The notes below the pieces were generated by a model. The model saw only the letters and a program-made list of their open reading frames with translations. It was not told where the DNA came from and did no database searches. A stretch of 32,000 nucleotides of DNA, taken from contig JBAZMW010000001.1 of the NCBI GenBank assembly GCA_041649575.1, positions 90,001-122,000 of the forward strand. Reading direction: 5' to 3'. Below are positions 27,597 through 32,000 of the stretch, in pieces. Position numbers and translations under genes: made by a program. The number at the start of each line of letters is the position of its first letter. Within the stretch, counting starts at the first letter, position 1. This DNA is from Patescibacteria group bacterium (lineage in GTDB: Bacteria > Patescibacteriota > Patescibacteriia > 2-01-FULL-39-33).

Positions 27597-29348
27597 CTAG
27601 ACCTCTGCCTTCAGCGCGCCGTGATGGGCTACCCCCTTCTTACGCAGCTCTCCACCCGTTCCCTCCAGTAGGATGGTCAGGTTTGCCCCCTCTTCTCCCT
27701 GACCGCAGAGCAACTGGCTGGCCGCCAGCATGTAGGTGACGAGCACGTAGTGAGCACCCATCTCATACAGCTCCATAGCTTTCTTCCTGGAGTCCACAAT
27801 CCCGATAAAGTTGACCTCGGGGTTCTGCTCCTTGACGTGTCTTAGAAGCAACTCCGTGTCTCTCATGTCGGGAATGGATGAGAACACGGTTTGGATTTTG
27901 GACCAGTCTATAAGAGCCAGCACCTCATGACTCGAGGTGTCCCCAAAGATGCAGGGCACCTTGTCTCGTTCCAGTTGAGCAATGACGTCGGGGTTGTGAT
28001 CTATAACCACATATTTCTTCCCGAGCTTACGTAACGCTCGTTCCAGGATTCGGCCCAGCCGGTCGTGTCCCACCAGAACCACTTCGAACCCGTCTCGTGT
28101 CGCTATCTCCGTGCCATCTTGCAGCTGCTTCCTGGAGGTCAGACGATCCAGCCATTTCAGTCTGTCGCCCAGCAGCCGATAGAGCGACTGGCTGTATTTC
28201 ATGGAGTACGACGATAGGGCAATAGACACGACCGTGATGATAATGATCGGCGACAGCAGCGACGGGCTGAGGTGGCCCAGGGCAATGCCTTGAGCTATCA
28301 GGATGAGACTGAACTCGGACAATTGGCCGACTGCCAGGCCTACACTGAAAGAGGTAGACCGGCGATAGCCAAACAGCCCCACAATAACCATCGTCATTAT
28401 CGGCTTGATCACCATGGCGATCACCGAGAAGACAACAATTAGCAGCCAGTACTGCGAGAGGGTGCTGTAGAATGTCAGGACCTTCAACTGGTCGACCGTT
28501 TCAGTAAACAGCGACTCCGGAGCCAACTGCAGTCCCAAAGAGGCAAAGAACAGCACCGTGAAGAAGCTTTTCAGTGCCTCCAGGTCGCCGATGATCTCAT
28601 AGCGATAACAGAGACGCGCGATAGCCAGCCCCGCCAGAAAAGAGCCGATGCCCATGGACAACTTCTGATGCTGGGCGTAGAACGCCGTGATAAACAGGAT
28701 GCCCATGGTCACCACAAACAGCACTTCTCTTTCCTTGGCCACATACTTGAAGACCTTTGGGAAGACAAACCGCCCGCAGACGAAGACGATTATCAGTATC
28801 AGACCGGCGGCCAGCGTCAGCGTCGAGAGCAGGATGTCCGGCGAGAAGTCATTGATGGTGGTCAGGATGGAGAGGGCAAAAATCGCCATCACGTCCTGCA
28901 TGACCAGAATGCCAATGACGATCTTGCCGTAGAGGGAGTCCAGGTCATACTTCTCTCCCAAGACCTTGACGACCAGCATGGTGGAGGAAAAGGCCGAGAT
29001 CAGCCCGAAATAGACGGCCGTGACATTGCTAAGCCCGAAGAGCTTGCCGGCGCCAAAGCCCAAGGCAAGGGTTGTGGCTACCTGCAGAGCTCCGCCCAAC
29101 ATCGCCACCGCACCCACTTTCTTGAGCCGTTCCAGGTCCATCTCGATACCGATAATGAACAACATCACCACGATCGCCACCTCGGAGAGTTCTGCGATGG
29201 CTTCGGGATGGTTGATCAGGTTGATCCCGAGAGGCCCCAGGACAACTCCCACCAGTACATAAGCGGGAATCATGGGCTGCCTCAAGGCCTTGAATACTAG
29301 CCCGGCGATCCCGGCGAGCACGAAAATCGCTCCGATTTGCGCTATCAT
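27597..29348 (-). CDS. CPA2-family monovalent cation:proton antiporter with RCK/TrkA-N domain (KefB-like)
   Basis: About 11 TM segments, GLISAFSSTMLVVKVLGE, GLAVGQLSEFSLI, C-terminal NAD-binding VVLVGHDRLGRILERALRKLGKKYVVIDHNPDV. Confidence 0.92.
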   Translation of the reverse strand: MIAQIGAIFVLAGIAGLVFKALRQPMIPAYVLVGVVLGPLGINLINHPEAIAELSEVAIVVMLFIIGIEMDLERLKKVGAVAMLGGALQVATTLALGFGAGKLFGLSNVTAVYFGLISAFSSTMLVVKVLGEKYDLDSLYGKIVIGILVMQDVMAIFALSILTTINDFSPDILLSTLTLAAGLILIIVFVCGRFVFPKVFKYVAKEREVLFVVTMGILFITAFYAQHQKLSMGIGSFLAGLAIARLCYRYEIIGDLEALKSFFTVLFFASLGLQLAPESLFTETVDQLKVLTFYSTLSQYWLLIVVFSVIAMVIKPIMTMVIVGLFGYRRSTSFSVGLAVGQLSEFSLILIAQGIALGHLSPSLLSPIIIITVVSIALSSYSMKYSQSLYRLLGDRLKWLDRLTSRKQLQDGTEIATRDGFEVVLVGHDRLGRILERALRKLGKKYVVIDHNPDVIAQLERDKVPCIFGDTSSHEVLALIDWSKIQTVFSSIPDMRDTELLLRHVKEQNPEVNFIGIVDSRKKAMELYEMGAHYVLVTYMLAASQLLCGQGEEGANLTILLEGTGGELRKKGVAHHGALKAEV

Positions 29349-29540
29349 TAGTCTTCTCCTTTTGCAAAATTGAACGCGATTAAGACATCTTATTATGTGC
29401 GATGTTACCTTTACGGATAACTTTTTATTTTATAATAAAAATTGGGTTTTTGTCAATATAGAAGACATCATTGTTACTAGTAGGATTCTTTCATAATGTT
29501 TTATATATTTTTTGTTTTTTTATTTGTGGATAACCAGGTC

Positions 29541-29569
29541 TTGACTCTATGTAAAGTATACATTACAAT
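29541..29569 (+). promoter_or_regulatory. Sigma-70 promoter with overlapping palindromic operator candidate
   Basis: TTGACT, 17-bp spacer, TACAAT; GTAAaGTATACaTTAC palindrome (29551-29566) lies in the spacer. Confidence 0.65.
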
Positions 29570-29596
29570 AAGTAATATAAGCTTAACTTTATCTAT

Positions 29597-29998
29597 ATGA
29601 ACTACAAACAATTCAAGAGAATAAAGGTGTTAATCGCTTCTTTTATTTCGGCTATGGTGGCGATAGCGGTGGTATTTAATAATATTATTTTGGCTTTAGC
29701 CGGAGTATTGATCGGATTACTTTTTCTTTTTTTGGTCAGAAGAAAAACCAAGGCGGTTTTGGTTGATGAAAGAATTCAAAATATCGGCGGTCGCGCTTCT
29801 CGCCTTACTTATGTGATTCTAACCATTACTGTCGCTTTTCTTTCTTTAGTTTTTATTCTGAGTGGCAGACGAATGGGCGAAGCGAATTACGAAACGCTAG
29901 GTATTATCTTAAGCTACATAACTTTATTTAGTCTGGCTCTGTATTCGCTCTCTTACAAATATTTCAGCAAAAAATATGGAGAAACTGACGACGAATAA
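29597..29998 (+). CDS. Four-TM membrane protein, DUF2178-like
   Basis: [33 protein letters not shown]; overlaps the XRE gene downstream. Confidence 0.7.
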   Translation: MNYKQFKRIKVLIASFISAMVAIAVVFNNIILALAGVLIGLLFLFLVRRKTKAVLVDERIQNIGGRASRLTYVILTITVAFLSLVFILSGRRMGEANYETLGIILSYITLFSLALYSLSYKYFSKKYGETDDE

Positions 29999-30182
29999 AA
30001 TCAAGGTTTATCGGGCGATGCGCAATATGACGCAGGAAGAGCTGGCCGAGGAGGTTGGCGTCACTCGCCAGACTATTATCGCGATTGAAAAAAATAAATA
30101 TGTGCCGTCCTTGGAGCTGGCTTTCAGGATTACCAGAGTTTTTAATGAGACAATAGAAAATGTTTTTCAGTATCAAAAATAA
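29976..30182 (+). CDS. XRE-family HTH regulator
   Basis: [58 protein letters not shown]. Confidence 0.93.
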   Translation: MEKLTTNKIKVYRAMRNMTQEELAEEVGVTRQTIIAIEKNKYVPSLELAFRITRVFNETIENVFQYQK

Positions 30183-30199
30183 AAATTTAAATTAAAATC

Positions 30200-30610
30200 A
30201 TGGGCATTCTTAAAAAAATTGATAAAAATTTGATTGGCTATATTATTGGTGTTGGAATTCTTCTTTTTCTTTTTATTTTTTTTATCACTTGCACGCAAAT
30301 CGGCCATGACGTAAAAAAGCGCTGCGAGCTGGCTCAAAGCAGATATGGAGGCGAGTGCGTCGAGGCTTTAATGAGCCAGGTTGCCGACAGCTCCAGTCTA
30401 TATGGGAAAAACAGTGCCATTTGGGCGTTGGGACAGCTGGGCGATAAAAAAGCGCTGCCATTTCTGGAAAGATATGACACACGAGAGCCGTTGCCTGATC
30501 GTGGAATTCGCGGAGAATGGAACAAGGGAATCAGCCAGTATGAACTGCGCAAAGCCATCAAGCTTTTAAAGAGCGGATTCAATCTCTCGGCTTTTGTCTG
30601 GCGTGATTAA
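30200..30610 (+). CDS. Membrane-anchored short HEAT-repeat-like protein
   Basis: N-terminal TM; single HEAT-like repeat SSLYGKNSAIWALGQLGDKKALPFLERY. Confidence 0.55.
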   Translation: MGILKKIDKNLIGYIIGVGILLFLFIFFITCTQIGHDVKKRCELAQSRYGGECVEALMSQVADSSSLYGKNSAIWALGQLGDKKALPFLERYDTREPLPDRGIRGEWNKGISQYELRKAIKLLKSGFNLSAFVWRD

Positions 30611-30679
30611 TAACCGTAAGGGAAGTTGGCCGGCTGGTGTATTTATGGCCGCTGGTTTTATAGAAGTTTCAATAAATTT

Positions 30680-31324
30680 ATGAAAAATAATTTACCTCCA
30701 AGAGAGTTTAGGATTTTAAAAAGGTTAAAAACTCCAGCTAAGATCCAAGATTTTTTAAATACCATAAAAATTAATTTTGAAGAGGACGGGGATACCTCTC
30801 TATCGCCCATGTCGGTGCTGGAAAGGGGCGTTTGCCATTGCGCCGAGGGAGCGATTTTGGCGGCGTTGGCTTTGCGCGTCAATGGCTACCCGCCGCTGGT
30901 GCTCGACCTCACCGCCAATAAAAACGATTTTGATCACGTGGTGGCTGTTTTTAAAAAAGACGGGAAGTGGGGAGCGATATCAAAAACCAATCACGCGGTT
31001 TTGAGGTATCGGGAACCGGTTTACGGTTCGATTCGGGAATTGGTCATGAGTTATTTTCACGAATATTTCGACGATCAAGGCCGGAAAAATTTAAGGAGTT
31101 TTTCCAGGCCGGTCAACCTCAAAAGATTCGACCGTCGTGGCTGGATGACAACCAAGGAGGAGGTCGATTATATTATTGAGTATCTGGCTGACGTCAAACA
31201 CTTTCCTATAATCAACAGAAAACAAATCAGAAACCTGAAGAAAGCCGACCCGATTGAGATAAAAGCGGGATTATTGGTGGATTGGAAAGAAAAAAATAAT
31301 CCCATGCCCGAAGGCAGGGATTAA
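30680..31324 (+). CDS. Transglutaminase-like superfamily protein
   Basis: Cys-containing GVCHCAEGAILAALALRVNGYPPLVLDLTANKNDFDHVVAVFKKDGKWGAISKTNHAVLRYREPVY (Cys/His/Asp pattern). Confidence 0.7.
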   Translation: MKNNLPPREFRILKRLKTPAKIQDFLNTIKINFEEDGDTSLSPMSVLERGVCHCAEGAILAALALRVNGYPPLVLDLTANKNDFDHVVAVFKKDGKWGAISKTNHAVLRYREPVYGSIRELVMSYFHEYFDDQGRKNLRSFSRPVNLKRFDRRGWMTTKEEVDYIIEYLADVKHFPIINRKQIRNLKKADPIEIKAGLLVDWKEKNNPMPEGRD

Positions 31325-31363
31325 AGAGGGGACCATGGTGCAAGCGCGGGTCTGGCAGGCGAG

Positions 31364-31852
31364 CTACTTGGCCGCATCGGGAGGAGAGGCGGCCTCCGGA
31401 GGAGGACTGATGTCCAGGTGGCTATAGTGGATGATGCTGTCGGTCAACCAGAAGCCGGGCAAGAAGTCGGGACCGACATAACCTAATTTCACGGTCAGTG
31501 TTCGCGTTTCCTCGTCGACTTGGTAATCGCCGGCGCCTCTGACGATTATCTCCAGGCGTTGAGGCTGGGGATCTTCTGGCGGCAACGCGGTCCAGATTGT
31601 CAGCCAGGTCTTCGCCTGGACGGCGCCGGCAACGGATTTCAGAGCCAGTTTTGTCTCTCTTGCGGAGGGAGCGTAGTTGGGACCCAGTTTGCCGCACTCC
31701 TCGTCGGTCAGAGCCTCGCCCTTGACCATCTTCTCCCTTATGGGCTTGGTTTGATCGACAAGGAAAGTGCTCGCGGCCAACCAAGCAATTACAGCCAGGA
31801 ACATCACCACCACCAGCAGTTCGAGCAGTGTAATGCCACTCTTCTCGTTCAT
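31364..31852 (-). CDS. Isolated type IV pilin-like protein
   Basis: Prepilin-like motif KSG|ITLLELLVVVMFLAVIAWLAASTF; SD-like AGGAG upstream on the minus strand. Confidence 0.7.
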   Translation of the reverse strand: MNEKSGITLLELLVVVMFLAVIAWLAASTFLVDQTKPIREKMVKGEALTDEECGKLGPNYAPSARETKLALKSVAGAVQAKTWLTIWTALPPEDPQPQRLEIIVRGAGDYQVDEETRTLTVKLGYVGPDFLPGFWLTDSIIHYSHLDISPPPEAASPPDAAK

Positions 31853-32000
31853 TAGAGTTCTCCTGTTGAAGGTTCGTTTTTGTGTGCTGGATTTAAGCTA
31901 TAATAAATAATCGAATTTGTCAAAGGATGGTTTTTTTAGTAAAATAAAAAGACCATTTATTTTATTAAAGCTTCTGGCATGACGGTCTTATTTTATTCAA

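Noticed and set aside
28668-29300. 210-aa plus-strand ORF within the CPA2 antiporter gene
   Set aside because: Composition (His/Asp/Gln/Gly-rich) is typical of an antisense shadow ORF over a TM protein gene.

Overview
The window reads as a Patescibacteria/CPR-like chromosome segment (lineage is an inference from gene content and gene style). From left to right it holds: (1) a type IV pilus locus at 1-10056 (PilO-like end, PilB, receiver-only regulator, degenerate PilT-like protein, PilC, pilin, prepilin peptidase, minor pilins); (2) housekeeping genes at 10064-21417 (ligA, gatC, gatA, thioredoxin-fold protein, tRNA-Ser, RRM protein, EamA transporter, MGMT-like protein, rubrerythrin, DedA, dnaG, rpoD); (3) an integrated element at tRNA-Asn, 21720-26676; (4) a mixed region at 26747-31852 (TspO, CPA2 antiporter, XRE regulator module, transglutaminase-like protein, an isolated pilin-like protein). 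The main find is the tRNA-Asn element. A large serine recombinase is flanked by a 151-bp inverted repeat with one mismatch. A coupled five-gene cargo operon (XRE, AAA ATPase with a HEPN-like C-terminal motif, YqfO/NIF3-C-like, nucleoside deaminase, DUF5680-like) is flanked by a perfect 211-bp inverted repeat. All repeats abut an 8-bp core GGAGCCAA, present as direct copies at the two element ends and as one inverted copy in the middle. The middle block (23145-23498, 354 bp) is, in reverse complement, the junction that end-to-end circularization would create. The predicted 4949-bp circle would therefore carry two inverted 354-bp attP-like copies separating a recombinase half from a cargo half, topologically like a flip-flop (2-micron-type) plasmid. 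The probable tRNA-Asn terminator lies just outside the right end, consistent with insertion at the tRNA 3' end.
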